The notes: generated from the sequence alone by a model not told the origin. Positions 29,456 through 40,815 are shown, counted from the stretch's first letter. The stretch: DNA of 61,530 bases from an uncultured virus (IMG/VR IMGVR_UViG_3300025124_000003) (IMGVR_UViG_3300025124_000003), one strand, 5' to 3'. Numbers and translations are program-made.

Positions 29456-30490
29456 TTATACAACCTTTTTCATAATCATGGAGGTTTTAAAGGAATTAAA
29501 TGAATTTTCTATAATAAAATTATATATGTTGAACTGATTTCCCATCCTAATCCTTATATCATTAAGATCTTTGTCAGTATCAGTGGGCATATAGAAATAC
29601 TTCAATTGTTGTCTATACTTTGAATTTTCTAATAGCTTTTTATAGTTCTCATACCCCGATGTATCAATTCTGGGATTATCTAATGCACATATGACACCTT
29701 TTCTAGATAAATGTATTACTTTTTCTAGAAAATCATCATCAATTGATGCGCCTAAACATGAGGTGCCTTGGTTGCCTTCAATCATCCAAGCATCAATTAG
29801 ACCCTCACATACGATAATATACTTATCAGGGTCAAACAAATGACTATTTAACACAATATCTTTCTTAATGAATTTAGGATTCTTATATTTCGGTAATATG
29901 TCTTTGGACATAGCACGACCTTGAAAGTATGTCATACGCCCTAATTCATCATATACAGGTAAAATAAATCTATTTTTATACTTACCCCTAAACGCTACTG
30001 TAACTTCCCTTCTAATGGGGATTTTTCGATCTACAATGAACTTTTTGAGTTCATCATGGTAACGTTTTTCTATTCTTCCATCTGGTTCATCTTTAAGCGA
30101 TATACAATCATTAAAATCAAGGTCTAGAACACCCTGCTCATCATTAGAATCCTCATATTTCTTCTTGCCATCCAATTTATCGAGTAATTCCTGTGAATGG
30201 TATGTCTTGCTTTCGCTAAGAGCATCATTCGCTTCCTTCCAAGTACAACCAACAACGCGAGAATATAACGACTGTATATTCCCTGAGTTCTCAGGACATC
30301 CACCATTGTAACACTTATAAATCCATTCATCATACCTTGGATAAAAGTCAATATTCAATCTACGCATATTGGGATTTTTTTGAGAATCACCACAAATGGG
30401 ACAACGGGCTATATACCCACTCCCCCTTTTTTTAGACTTTTGTAGTCTTGAATAAACAAAATCTTCGACTTTATATTGCTCAACACTCAT
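29456..30490 (-). CDS. gp61: DNA primase (gp61-like)
   Basis: RCPICGDS Zn finger, CYNGGC, YFQGR, KY, CEGLIDA, LDN, KDLND. Confidence 0.93.
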   Translation of the reverse strand: MSVEQYKVEDFVYSRLQKSKKRGSGYIARCPICGDSQKNPNMRRLNIDFYPRYDEWIYKCYNGGCPENSGNIQSLYSRVVGCTWKEANDALSESKTYHSQELLDKLDGKKKYEDSNDEQGVLDLDFNDCISLKDEPDGRIEKRYHDELKKFIVDRKIPIRREVTVAFRGKYKNRFILPVYDELGRMTYFQGRAMSKDILPKYKNPKFIKKDIVLNSHLFDPDKYIIVCEGLIDAWMIEGNQGTSCLGASIDDDFLEKVIHLSRKGVICALDNPRIDTSGYENYKKLLENSKYRQQLKYFYMPTDTDKDLNDIRIRMGNQFNIYNFIIENSFNSFKTSMIMKKVV

Positions 30491-30792
30491 TAAATTCTCT
30501 CAATATATTCGATCAGGATATCACCGTGACAAGGTTTCGGTTTACAGAAGCACACCAAAGTCTTACCTTTGAGGTCTTTAACCCTTCGATAAAACTCAGT
30601 GTCAGTCATAAGTCTGTGTTCAAGATATTTGCGATACTTTTCAAGCGTAGAACCACGTTTCCGTCCTGTCTGTATGGGAAATGGGTTACCGAAGTAACCA
30701 CTCATCCCTTTACCGGAACGACCAATGTAAACATATTCGGGATTCTCTTCCCAACCTTTCGGTGCCCAATTGATATGTATTACTGTTGTCAT
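30490..30792 (-). CDS. DUF4326-family protein
   Basis: VYIGR...GNPF...LKGKTLVCFCKPKPCHGD. Confidence 0.85.
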   Translation of the reverse strand: MTTVIHINWAPKGWEENPEYVYIGRSGKGMSGYFGNPFPIQTGRKRGSTLEKYRKYLEHRLMTDTEFYRRVKDLKGKTLVCFCKPKPCHGDILIEYIERI

Positions 30793-31028
30793 GGGTGAAT
30801 AGTAACATAATTATTATTGATATTTACCCAACTTTTAACTACAAATTCATTGATATTCATGATTAGAATAAACCATTTCTTGACAGTTATCTTTGTATGA
30901 AATTTATACAATCAAACTCAATTGGTGTATAAAGTTCGGATTTTATTTTGCAAACAGGTTCAAAAAGATCCCATTCACATTCTCTAATGCCATCTAAAAT
31001 GATACAATATACACACTCCCTGCACAAT

Positions 31029-31325
31029 TTAGTGTAAAGAGTCTCTATATTCTCCAATAGTATAAGTTCTTGCATGCATCTTAACTTCATCCTTTATTTT
31101 TTTGGGGAACATATCATAAAATTGCTGAATGTCTTCGTCATCAGTCAAACCAAACCACTCCATCATATACATCAATGTTTGTGTTGGATTATCTGTAATA
31201 CCTCTCTCAAGCAAACCATCATAAATCTTTTTGATTGATCGTTTGAGTGTTTGGCTAACCGCCTGTCGTGAAATACCCATTTCACGTGCAATTTCAGATC
31301 CCGTCTTCGATCTAACACGTTCCAT
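31029..31325 (-). CDS. HTH (sigma70 region 4-like) DNA-binding protein
   Basis: TGSEIAREMGISRQAVSQ. Confidence 0.8.
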   Translation of the reverse strand: MERVRSKTGSEIAREMGISRQAVSQTLKRSIKKIYDGLLERGITDNPTQTLMYMMEWFGLTDDEDIQQFYDMFPKKIKDEVKMHARTYTIGEYRDSLH

Positions 31326-31326
31326 A

Positions 31327-31578
31327 TTATTTATCCTCTTTGGGCAATGAATTTACCATTTCTTCTGCCTTTTCACAAACAACCTTTACCATATACCATT
31401 CAATCATAAGATTTTCGAGTTCTTCAAAAGTGATCTTATCTTTTGCTGACTTTACCAGTAAAGCTCTAGCTTCTTCATCCAGTGTTACCGGGAAATTATA
31501 TACAACATCTTTAACTTCTTCGCCTACTTCAATTTTCATTGGATACTCCTTCTCATATGGGTTTATGTAATGGTTCAT
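31327..31578 (-). CDS. Hypothetical protein
   Basis: ORF. Confidence 0.45.
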   Translation of the reverse strand: MNHYINPYEKEYPMKIEVGEEVKDVVYNFPVTLDEEARALLVKSAKDKITFEELENLMIEWYMVKVVCEKAEEMVNSLPKEDK

Positions 31579-31612
31579 CCTAACTTAAATGAAAAATGAA
31601 GTCAAGTGATTT

Positions 31613-33538
31613 TTAAACTCCCACAAATTCACACGAATTACCAGTACATGCATACTCCTTCATACCTTCTGTTGTATCAACCTTTTCATAGTTTGAAAGT
31701 TCTGTCCAGTCAATATTGGCGGGCATTTTACTTAAAAACATGTCATACTTTTCTTTATCTATCTCTTGATATGGTGATTGTGGTATAGAGTGACTTTCTT
31801 TTGGTAAAAACGCAACCCCACTAAGAATATCAAAGTGACTATACACCCATGCACCTACTTCCATCCACTCATGATCCTCAACGTATACTGTAATAGATGG
31901 TTTATGTTCACAATACTCTTCTTGGTAAATCTTCCATAATTCAAGTTGTTGTATGGCATTCATATCATTACGAAATACCGAACTTTCTGGTGCTTTTATT
32001 GGAAATGAGAATACATAACCAGTGTCAGGCTTCATTACATCATCTTCTACAGGAAACCCCTTATCAACCATTAATTGGGCTAAAGGGTCTTTTTTATCAG
32101 CCCTGATTGTACGTATGTAATACTGGCTGTATCTAGGATGTATACCACTTGAGGAATCAACCAATTGTGATACTGTACCTTCTGGTTTGATGCATGTTAT
32201 CGCGGTAGATGGATTAATGCCTAATTTTTTCGCCCAAACTGCATTTACCGATTTAGCACACTCCCTTAACTCATTCAACCATTTTTTCAAAACATCGTAC
32301 CCTTGACTGCCATTCATTACAGGATGATCCATAATACCTGTCATGGATACCCCTAATAATCTCTCTTCTTCGCAGTTCTTTGTCCAAGCAGATGATAGAT
32401 ATCGGAATCTGGTTAATGTGCTTTGGAAAGTTCCTAAAATTGTTGCTAATCTGACCTTCTCCAACAAATCATCTAGTGTATCATCACATCTTATCACACA
32501 AGACGTTAGATTACAAAATTGCTTTGATCTTAGAACTATTTCGGAACATGGATTGGTTAGATAGTCAACATATCCCAGATCAGCACGTCTTTTTGGTTGT
32601 TGTTTTATAGCGGCAACGCGATTAAAAATACCTCTTTCGCCACATTTTGACATATATAAAGCCTTCCATTCATCCATAAAAATAGCCATATCAGGCTTCT
32701 CTGTATATGCGACAGAATTATTTGCCAACGCTCTTTGTGGGTCGGATATCCACCATTGTCCTTGTTTTGCATTCCTCATCCTCTGATCTGTTAGGTTAGA
32801 TAAAGAGATAAGGGCAGAACGTCTAACACCACCTACTACCACGATATCGGCAATTTTACACATAAGATCGTGACATTCTATAGAATTAAGTTTGCGCCCA
32901 CGAGCATCTATAAACAGTTTAACGGTAAACTCGAACAAATCAACCAATGGATCTGGTCCTGACGCACGACCACCAAAAGTTTTCAGCTTCTCACCTGCTT
33001 TACGAACCTTTGACACATCCCATCTAGGGATCATGCCTTGATATAACAAGGAGATTAACTGGCGAAATGAAGATGCCCAACCAATTTTAGAGTCTGCGAC
33101 CACGATGGTTGTATCAGTTTTATGCATTTCCTCCGCGATTTCAGGTAACTGATTAATATATTGACGCTCTACAGAGAACCCGAGACCAACTCCGCACATC
33201 AAAATAAACATAGTCTCATCAAAAACTCTCGGATGATCTACTGCCACCGCTGAACAGTTGTAACCAGCAACATTGTCACGATTTAGTGCTTTGCCTGCGG
33301 TCATCATGCTTCGCATAGATGGCATAACTTTAGTGTTTATAATCGCTTCTCGAATTTCATCTGCGACTTCATTGAATTCTGGCTTTTCTTCTTTCCAAAA
33401 ATTTATAAGACGGTCAATAGTTTCATCCCATTCTTCACGTCTTTTTATTTTATCATCCCAACGAGCATATCTACTCTTATGGATAAATTTAGAATATTCT
33501 GCTGTATTTAAGTTTTCTAATGACATTTTTCCTCCCAA
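31613..33538 (-). CDS. nrdJ: Class II (B12-dependent) ribonucleotide reductase
   Basis: PSMR, YNC, GVGLG, GGVRRSA, TNPCSEI, CNLT, KPEGT, C-terminal ACTGNSC; no beta-subunit gene adjacent. Confidence 0.9.
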   Translation of the reverse strand: MGGKMSLENLNTAEYSKFIHKSRYARWDDKIKRREEWDETIDRLINFWKEEKPEFNEVADEIREAIINTKVMPSMRSMMTAGKALNRDNVAGYNCSAVAVDHPRVFDETMFILMCGVGLGFSVERQYINQLPEIAEEMHKTDTTIVVADSKIGWASSFRQLISLLYQGMIPRWDVSKVRKAGEKLKTFGGRASGPDPLVDLFEFTVKLFIDARGRKLNSIECHDLMCKIADIVVVGGVRRSALISLSNLTDQRMRNAKQGQWWISDPQRALANNSVAYTEKPDMAIFMDEWKALYMSKCGERGIFNRVAAIKQQPKRRADLGYVDYLTNPCSEIVLRSKQFCNLTSCVIRCDDTLDDLLEKVRLATILGTFQSTLTRFRYLSSAWTKNCEEERLLGVSMTGIMDHPVMNGSQGYDVLKKWLNELRECAKSVNAVWAKKLGINPSTAITCIKPEGTVSQLVDSSSGIHPRYSQYYIRTIRADKKDPLAQLMVDKGFPVEDDVMKPDTGYVFSFPIKAPESSVFRNDMNAIQQLELWKIYQEEYCEHKPSITVYVEDHEWMEVGAWVYSHFDILSGVAFLPKESHSIPQSPYQEIDKEKYDMFLSKMPANIDWTELSNYEKVDTTEGMKEYACTGNSCEFVGV

Positions 33539-33592
33539 AAAACACCACTACTCTAATAAGGTCGCCAGAGCAGCGGTGTTTATTACAATATC

Positions 33593-33931
33593 TTATTTTT
33601 TATTCTGTGATCGTCTTGCTTTACGTGACAGCTTATTTTTGGCACGATTCTTTTCTTTTCGGGCTTCAATGGTAGGTTTTGTGTACCCAGATCTCCACCC
33701 ACTAAGGTCATGAGCATATCCCAATTTGAACAATTTTTCTGGACCTAATTTTTTAAGTTCTGTAATTTTAGAATTTGCTTTAAACTGATATTTACTCTCA
33801 ATCGCCTGAATATCATCTTCTTTTAATTCTTTAGTTTCAGGGTCATTTCTCGCTCCATCAATCTCTTTTTTTGCCATTTCTTGATAATGTTCTTTAATCT
33901 CTTGAATTTTTCTTCCGTCTATAGTTACCAT
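33593..33931 (-). CDS. Hypothetical basic protein
   Basis: ORF with SD GAGGT. Confidence 0.5.
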   Translation of the reverse strand: MVTIDGRKIQEIKEHYQEMAKKEIDGARNDPETKELKEDDIQAIESKYQFKANSKITELKKLGPEKLFKLGYAHDLSGWRSGYTKPTIEARKEKNRAKNKLSRKARRSQNKK

Positions 33932-33991
33932 AATTACCTCACATTTTTTGTGTTAGATTAAACGTAATATTCCCAACAATTCCTTCGTCCG

Positions 33992-34531
33992 TTATTTAAC
34001 TCCTGTACTGTTGTATGCACCTTCACCACGTTCTGTCTGGTCAAGTTCATCAACTTCAACGAAGTTGGCTTTATAAACAGGACAAATAACACCTTGGGCA
34101 ATTCTTTCGCCACACTCAATTTCAATGACTTTATCGGAAAGGTTATGACACAACACCCCAACTTCACCAGTGTAGCCAGAATCCACTGTGCCCGGAGAGT
34201 TAGCGACATTAAATCCTCTTTTAAGGGGTGAACCTGAACGGGTTCTTACCTGTAATTCTGTACCTTTTGGTGTAGCCACCTTGATGCCTGTCGGTACAAC
34301 AATCGTACCACCGGGGGCAATCTGATATCCACCTTGTTCATTTGTGGATGCTCTCAGGTCAAATCCACTATCACCTTCTTTAGCGTACAAAAGTTTTTGA
34401 TTGTCCTCACCACCATTATAAGTATCAAGATAAACGATCTTTACCGGGATCTCGACATCTGACTTAAATAATGTATCGTAAATGTGTCCGGCAATGTTAG
34501 AGAACATATTAACATACTCTTCTTTTTTCAT
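33992..34531 (-). CDS. dut: Trimeric dUTPase
   Basis: SGFDL, RSG, GTVDSGYTGE, RIAQ, RGEGAYNSTG. Confidence 0.95.
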   Translation of the reverse strand: MKKEEYVNMFSNIAGHIYDTLFKSDVEIPVKIVYLDTYNGGEDNQKLLYAKEGDSGFDLRASTNEQGGYQIAPGGTIVVPTGIKVATPKGTELQVRTRSGSPLKRGFNVANSPGTVDSGYTGEVGVLCHNLSDKVIEIECGERIAQGVICPVYKANFVEVDELDQTERGEGAYNSTGVK

Positions 34532-34625
34532 AACAAATTTCTCCTTTTTACAACAACATAACTGTAAATAAAAAAATTAAGGGTCAATTAAGACCCTTAA
34601 TAATTTTTACATATATTGTTATTAT

Positions 34626-34829
34626 TTAAAAATCGACATTACTTATGAATAACACATATTTCGGTTCCCAGACTACATCAACGGAATCCCCAACAATCTG
34701 TTCGATACAAGCACCTTTATCCCATTTGTTAAGAGCCAAAAGTGCTTCTTCAAACGTATCAAAAAATTGAGGAAGTGATTGATGCCATTCTTTGTTGACT
34801 ACCTTGTAAGCCCCGTCATAGTTGTTCAT
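34626..34829 (-). CDS. Small hypothetical protein
   Basis: ORF with SD AAAGGA. Confidence 0.45.
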   Translation of the reverse strand: MNNYDGAYKVVNKEWHQSLPQFFDTFEEALLALNKWDKGACIEQIVGDSVDVVWEPKYVLFISNVDF

Positions 34830-34905
34830 TGATTAATCCTTTTTGTTAGTGGTTATAGGTTAGGAAACTCAGTATGATTAATATTACCAAGTTCATCGTA
34901 TTGTG

Positions 34906-35802
34906 TCAATACACGTTCAATATTTTATTCTCTACTTGGGTGAAATTTTCCAAATAATCCGGCCATTTATATTTCTTAAAAAAACTTAATATATTATCAG
35001 GATTCGGTTTAATATATTCGTCATAGTCACGAAGAACACGTCTTCTTATTTCTGAGGGAATACGAGAAAAATCCATTAAATTACGATTAAATTCATAACG
35101 TTCACGTAAATTGTTATCTTCTAACCATTTTTCCCATCCACCAGCATATGATAACACCTTTTCGAATGCTTTGTCACCAAACCCCGGCTTTCTTTTGTCA
35201 TCTGGATGCTCCAAAGGCGTTTTAATATTAAAAATGTTATCCTTTGCCTGACCCTTCATGCATTCCTCTACCAAGAAAAGTTCGGGGTTTGGATGTGCTA
35301 CATGAGTCTTTTTTAAAGGGTTATATATAGTAACATTCTTTTTACATAATTGCAAAAAATCTTTATCGTTAGAAATAATATACCATTCCTGTTGCTTTTC
35401 AAGGCATAACACACCTATAACATCATCAGCCTCGGTGTCTTTACATCTAATGACTTTAAATGGAAAATGATTTTTGATTTCCAAAAGGAAACTTTCATAC
35501 ATATCATAATATCCATCCCAATCAAACTCTAATTTATCTCTGGATTCTTTGCGATGTGATTTATATTTAGACCAATAAAGTTTTCTCCACGAATGTCTAT
35601 CATCCATAGCCAAAACTATTTCATTGACCCCGTGAACGTTTAACAAAGACTTGTAGATAGAATCAAAGACACGAAATTTGAATGTTTCCGTATCCATATC
35701 AACCACTTTCTTACTATTATCAGGATCGTACTTTAAAACATCTTGACCGAATAAATTCCTCATAGCAAGGTTATTCACGTCGAAACAAATTGTTTTTTTC
35801 AA
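34906..35802 (-). CDS. rnh: T4 RNase H / 5'-3' flap exonuclease
   Basis: FD, SWRK..W..YK..R, EADDVIG, ISNDKDFLQL, G..KDNI. Confidence 0.92.
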   Translation of the reverse strand: MKKTICFDVNNLAMRNLFGQDVLKYDPDNSKKVVDMDTETFKFRVFDSIYKSLLNVHGVNEIVLAMDDRHSWRKLYWSKYKSHRKESRDKLEFDWDGYYDMYESFLLEIKNHFPFKVIRCKDTEADDVIGVLCLEKQQEWYIISNDKDFLQLCKKNVTIYNPLKKTHVAHPNPELFLVEECMKGQAKDNIFNIKTPLEHPDDKRKPGFGDKAFEKVLSYAGGWEKWLEDNNLRERYEFNRNLMDFSRIPSEIRRRVLRDYDEYIKPNPDNILSFFKKYKWPDYLENFTQVENKILNVY

Positions 35803-35855
35803 ATTATTACTCCAATTTTTCTTTTATATTATGTTATGTAATATGAAATGTAAAC

Positions 35856-36251
35856 TTATTTAATCTTTCTGACATACTTTTTACCAGAATCATCAGTTGT
35901 TCTAACATAAAAAGGTCGATTATATTTTGTTCCTGACATATATTTCTGTGCAGGAGATTCCGACTTCCAACGCAAACGTCTACGACCGTCTTGCATGTTC
36001 TGATTAAATTCTTCGGGAGATACATCAAAACAAGGAAACTCATCCTTACCTTGTTTTATGATATCATTAGCCATAACACCATCAACATCAGTCTCATATC
36101 CTGAAGGTTGTGATTCCGTTCCCGATGCATTGGTGTTTTGATTTTCTCCACCCATAGTTACAACGTTTCTATTATCATTGGCGTGATTAGCACCACTATC
36201 ACCCATAAATTCACCCATTCTGTGCCTCCATTTTCTTTTTTTGTTCCACAC
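35856..36251 (-). CDS. Hypothetical protein
   Basis: ORF; true start probably the downstream Met. Confidence 0.5.
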   Translation of the reverse strand: MWNKKRKWRHRMGEFMGDSGANHANDNRNVVTMGGENQNTNASGTESQPSGYETDVDGVMANDIIKQGKDEFPCFDVSPEEFNQNMQDGRRRLRWKSESPAQKYMSGTKYNRPFYVRTTDDSGKKYVRKIK

Positions 36252-36648
36252 AATAATCTATTATTTTATCTATCCTATCCTCTCGTAATATCTTGGAAGG
36301 ATGCTTCATACGCACATCTTTTATCGTCCTGAATATTTGTTTGCATAGTTCGCGATCAAATGGGACATCTTCGTTTATATATTCCGTTTCACCTTTATTT
36401 ATCTCAATTCTGGCGACACCTGTCCCCTGTAGAGCATCTTTGATCATCTTGTACTTTATTCTGGTATTGGTATTCATATCCAAATACTTTCCATAAAGTA
36501 TTGCTTTTGCTCCTCTCCCTTCCATTTTTTTAATAAAATCGACAAATCTTATATTTTCAGGCAAAAGACCTTCGTCACGTAACATATCAAATAGATATAT
36601 CATGACAATATCACAAAATTCATCTGAATGTACACCTATACTACTCAT
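36211..36648 (-). CDS. Hypothetical protein
   Basis: ORF overlapping neighbours. Confidence 0.5.
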   Translation of the reverse strand: MSSIGVHSDEFCDIVMIYLFDMLRDEGLLPENIRFVDFIKKMEGRGAKAILYGKYLDMNTNTRIKYKMIKDALQGTGVARIEINKGETEYINEDVPFDRELCKQIFRTIKDVRMKHPSKILREDRIDKIIDYCVEQKKKMEAQNG

Positions 36649-36914
36649 ATCACCGTCAATCTTATATTATTTGCATTTTTAATGGACTTCTTTAATCGAT
36701 TATATCTTAATTTTGTAGCCGCACTTTCTCTCATGTAAACTGTTTTTATTTTGCCCAAACTTTTTGATTGAATATATCTCAACAGATCATCAAATTCTGG
36801 AGTAAATACTGTATTATTAGGATCACTTAACATTCCTCTGGTTTCACGAGATAACTGAACAATATATACTGTTAATAGCTCATGAAACTCATCTACCGTC
36901 ATCTCTGTATTCAT
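36645..36914 (-). CDS. Hypothetical protein
   Basis: ATGA overlaps with neighbours. Confidence 0.5.
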   Translation of the reverse strand: MNTEMTVDEFHELLTVYIVQLSRETRGMLSDPNNTVFTPEFDDLLRYIQSKSLGKIKTVYMRESAATKLRYNRLKKSIKNANNIRLTVI

Positions 36915-37432
36915 AAAATCTTAATATCCTCTGGAGTTACTGTATTTAAAAACTCTGTCATGTCAAAAAAATGACATATAGATAAATTATTACATTCGCC
37001 CCATGTCATTGTAATAGAAGGGATTTTTCGTAAATCGTCGTTTATTATAGATATGCCAATCAAAGCGTTAAATTGTTTTTTCTTATATATCAACATAGGT
37101 AATTTATCTGCTCTACAGGCGTCGTTACAACATTGCTCCCAGAATAGACGGATTTCGTCATTCTTAACGCCTTTCAGATGCTTATGAAAATTACTATTAG
37201 GGTAACCTACCTTACATTCAATACTAAACTTTGAGGTAAGAAATGTTCCCTCTGGTCTTAATGATATTATATCACCAGAAAGTTCTTTGTTTTCTATGGA
37301 CACGGTTGCCACGGAACCACTACCCGGCGCTCTCCACCAGACATAGGGTTTCTCTACTCCTGTCAACCATTTAGTTAATGTTTTAGCAACATCACGTTCC
37401 CATGTCCCACCCTTACCTTTTCCTTTCGCCAC
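36911..37432 (-). CDS. Hjc-like Holliday-junction resolvase
   Basis: KGGTWER, RAPGSG, GDI, IECK. Confidence 0.85.
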   Translation of the reverse strand: MAKGKGKGGTWERDVAKTLTKWLTGVEKPYVWWRAPGSGSVATVSIENKELSGDIISLRPEGTFLTSKFSIECKVGYPNSNFHKHLKGVKNDEIRLFWEQCCNDACRADKLPMLIYKKKQFNALIGISIINDDLRKIPSITMTWGECNNLSICHFFDMTEFLNTVTPEDIKIL

Positions 37433-37647
37433 AGATTATTTCTCCAATTAAACTTCGGTTTCTACTTTTCTATTTTCTCATTAATATCTATAATTATACT
37501 TCAAATAAATCGGATTCTTTATCGAAATGATCTAACGTGCCTTGTCCCATAGACACTATCTTTAAAACTTTTGTTAATGTGTGATCAAAGTCTACATCAA
37601 CTGCATAAGTATCTATCAATTTTCGTTGAAATTTTCTACTATCATCA

Positions 37648-38202
37648 TCATAGATTGTCCAATAATTTCTGTTCATACATAAAATCCTCCGAAGACTCGA
37701 CTATGACTACTGCATTGCTTATGTCAAATGACTCGTCCCCTTCATATAACTTATCATTAGCCACATCCTGAATAGTCAAGGTTTTTTGAAAATTATCACC
37801 AAATCCAAGTATTTTAATGGGCATATATTTATCTCGTTCCCTCATTCCATTAATACCAGTATTTAAAAGTTTATCCGCCCAATCAAATAGAATATCTTTA
37901 ATCTTTTTTGTCATTTTGCCAATGTTTAATGAGTATTGATTCTTGTATCTTCGAATACGAATAAATCCTTTATTTAATAAATTAATGATTATCTCTTCTC
38001 TAGCTTTACCTTCTTGTCCCATACGTTCATTGTATTTTTCATACGTCTTCTCAATCACATCAGTGGTTAATCCAAACTTTTTGGGGTTTTTAATAACAAC
38101 ATCGATGTGATTAGTTGATACAGGAAGAACTTCACCTCTCGGTGATATCCAATAAGCAACAGTTCCTGTGATTTCATTCAAATAAACTTTAAATTGTGTC
38201 AT
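37648..38202 (-). CDS. Late hypothetical protein, possible internal virion protein
   Basis: MTQFKVYLNE, WISPRG..H, GFIRIR; TATAAATA at 38265-38272. Confidence 0.55.
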   Translation of the reverse strand: MTQFKVYLNEITGTVAYWISPRGEVLPVSTNHIDVVIKNPKKFGLTTDVIEKTYEKYNERMGQEGKAREEIIINLLNKGFIRIRRYKNQYSLNIGKMTKKIKDILFDWADKLLNTGINGMRERDKYMPIKILGFGDNFQKTLTIQDVANDKLYEGDESFDISNAVVIVESSEDFMYEQKLLDNL

Positions 38203-38310
38203 GACTCTAATATACAGTCCTTGTAGTAATATAAATTTTAAATCTAATAAAAAGGGTTCAATAGTATTTATACTAAAGAACCCTTTCACATTTAAATGAT
38301 TTTATAATGA

Positions 38311-39285
38311 TTACATTTTTTGTAATTCTGCCAACAATGCATCAGTATCATCTTGATCATTATCATTTGATTCGGCAACGTTTGATGATGCTTGAGATTC
38401 CTGAGTTGTATTCGCGTTAACGGGGCTTTCTGATGACATTTTAGTATCAGAAGAACTCATAACGGTATCCGAAGTCCCACGTTTATAATACTTCTCGAAG
38501 TTATGACCCACATCATCCCACAGCATCTCAGATTTCAAAAGTGTTTCCATCTCATCCACAGAAAGAACCAAAGATTTGATGTACTCTTCAAGAGAAATAC
38601 ATTGCGCCATAATCTCAGATATTTTTTCCTCTGTTTCAGCAATTGGAGTTGCTCTACGGGCAAAAATTGTATCACCGTAATCGGGCCATTCTTTACCATT
38701 TTTGTCCTTGGGCTTCGCTTTGACCTTCAAGATGAAGTCAAATCCATCTTCTGGATCGAAAATTTTCATTCCGTATCCCTGATCTTTATCATTGATTTCA
38801 TTGGAAATTTTTGATTCCACTGTAGAGGGGAACTCATACAAACGAACAGTGTTGTTCACTTTGTATGCCTCATCCTTGACATCTACATCTCGAGGATCCT
38901 CAATGACATACACGTTAGACACATAACGTGTGTTACGTTTGTACTGACTTGCCTTACGTTTGTCTGTGTCGTTGCCTTGATAAAGAATCTTGGTAGCTTC
39001 GCAAAATGGACAATATTCCTCAAGACCGTAGGTTTTATTACAAAGGAAATACTTGAATTTTTCCCCAACACGAAAACCGTGATACATATATTCCTTATAA
39101 AATCCCTTTACTGGATCAGGTAAAAGTCGAATTTTATATTCCTTGGCTCGATCCACTGTACCCATTTGAGGGTTTTTCCATTTTCGAAAAAAGTGATTAG
39201 ATGAATCATCCTTATTGTTTTCTGCCTCTTTCGCTTTTTGGTTAGCAAAATCATCATAATCGTCTTTTCTTAGCCATTTACTCAT
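38311..39285 (-). CDS. gp32: Single-stranded DNA-binding protein (gp32-like)
   Basis: IRLLP, H..C..CPFCE Zn site, Y.SNVYVIEDP, FDP..G.DF, acidic tail. Confidence 0.9.
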   Translation of the reverse strand: MSKWLRKDDYDDFANQKAKEAENNKDDSSNHFFRKWKNPQMGTVDRAKEYKIRLLPDPVKGFYKEYMYHGFRVGEKFKYFLCNKTYGLEEYCPFCEATKILYQGNDTDKRKASQYKRNTRYVSNVYVIEDPRDVDVKDEAYKVNNTVRLYEFPSTVESKISNEINDKDQGYGMKIFDPEDGFDFILKVKAKPKDKNGKEWPDYGDTIFARRATPIAETEEKISEIMAQCISLEEYIKSLVLSVDEMETLLKSEMLWDDVGHNFEKYYKRGTSDTVMSSSDTKMSSESPVNANTTQESQASSNVAESNDNDQDDTDALLAELQKM

Positions 39286-39526
39286 GTTTGTCTCCTATAC
39301 TGTAGATTAAATTAATGTCTGTTCCGTTCTTTTAACGGTTACTGAATTATAAAATTTTTGTGTTGCTATGTAAACCCTATCTGATATTTTTAGCACAAAT
39401 AATACATTTATTTTTTAACTTGTTTATTCGGTAATCAAAATCTTTTTTTGATTCTCAGATCTTTCCTCTTTTTCCTTTAAAGTTTCCCCTGTACCATAAA
39501 TAAGCTGTTCTTTGGTTGTCTCTTTT

Positions 39527-40300
39527 TTAAGAGGTTTCTCGAGATAAGGTTTGTCCTCTGACTTTTTCATTCAATTCATTCTCCTTTTGTATGATAAATG
39601 GTTTTATGTCTTCAAGTTGCGCTAATATTTCCCTGTATCGCTTCACAAGGTAGGGAGAAAGTGCGCGTTCATCATCAGTGAGATTTATATACCCTTTATT
39701 AACACAGTAAGCTAATGTTATTGAGTCAATATTTCCCTGTACATACATATTCACACAGACTCTTATCTCACCGTCGCGGAATTTGCAAAAATTCTGTAAT
39801 TCACTATATCCGGGTCTGATAGGTTTATCCAACATGTAATCAAAAATATTGTCAAATGAATCTTTGATTTCTTGGTGAGTAACTTCAATCTTTCTTTTAC
39901 AAACTTTATCTTTATGGATATATAAATTAATAACCTTTTCATTAAGAAGGTGTTTATATGTAAACCCTTTCCATAACTCAAAACCACATGACATATATAC
40001 ATCAAGATCGATATTAGAATATGTTGTGTTAAAGTACATAGTAGCATCATTCAACCATTTAAGGTTATTAGGATTCATCTTTTCAAGGAACTGATCCCAA
40101 TCCTTCGGAATACGAAATCCTCTACCACTTGAGTTTCCTTGTGCCCTTCTAAAGGAAATATACACATCTTTATTTGTAATCACTAAATATACTCCATCAT
40201 TTATATTATTAATTTTATACGAGTGACAATATAATGTAAAATTTGAGATATGTAAATGACAAAAGAGGTGATTTAAAAGAAAACCACCCCTTGTTATCAA
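39527..40300 (-). CDS. Hypothetical protein (position of gp59 in T4-like genomes)
   Basis: ORF upstream of gp32; no motif recognised. Confidence 0.45.
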   Translation of the reverse strand: MITRGGFLLNHLFCHLHISNFTLYCHSYKINNINDGVYLVITNKDVYISFRRAQGNSSGRGFRIPKDWDQFLEKMNPNNLKWLNDATMYFNTTYSNIDLDVYMSCGFELWKGFTYKHLLNEKVINLYIHKDKVCKRKIEVTHQEIKDSFDNIFDYMLDKPIRPGYSELQNFCKFRDGEIRVCVNMYVQGNIDSITLAYCVNKGYINLTDDERALSPYLVKRYREILAQLEDIKPFIIQKENELNEKVRGQTLSRETS

Positions 40301-40815
40301 TCTTTCATTGACATTTCAATCCTTTCATGAATTCTATACTTTTTAGTCCAATATTGAACATATTCCCCAATCGTAGGTCTAAATGGCTTTCGTCTCAAAA
40401 ACATTTTGGATTCAGAGCATAAGCGGTCAGCTTTCCTATGATTACAAGGTTTACATGCAGTAACGCAATTCTCAAAAGTTGACTTTCCTCCTCTTGATTT
40501 AGGTATCACATGATCGATAGTACAATCTGATTCATATTCAATATATGTCCCACAGAATTGACAGGTTTGGTCATCTCTCATAAAAACATTTCTTTTTGAG
40601 TACGGCACACTTTGACCAAATCTTTTACGAATATACGTAATCACACGAATCATCATAGGAACAATCATTTTAACTGTTCCGTCAAAATTACGTACAACTC
40701 GGTCTGATTCTTCAACGGGATGAGCCTTTCCTTCATACAAAAGACAAATAGCATTTTGCCATGAAGTAACACTTAGGAATGAATAATCTGCATTAAGCAC
40801 AATCACTGGTTCCAT
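40297..40815 (-). CDS. HNH endonuclease
   Basis: VLNADY, RD..CQFCG, TIDHVIPKSRGG, N.VTACKPCN..K. Confidence 0.92.
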   Translation of the reverse strand: MEPVIVLNADYSFLSVTSWQNAICLLYEGKAHPVEESDRVVRNFDGTVKMIVPMMIRVITYIRKRFGQSVPYSKRNVFMRDDQTCQFCGTYIEYESDCTIDHVIPKSRGGKSTFENCVTACKPCNHRKADRLCSESKMFLRRKPFRPTIGEYVQYWTKKYRIHERIEMSMKD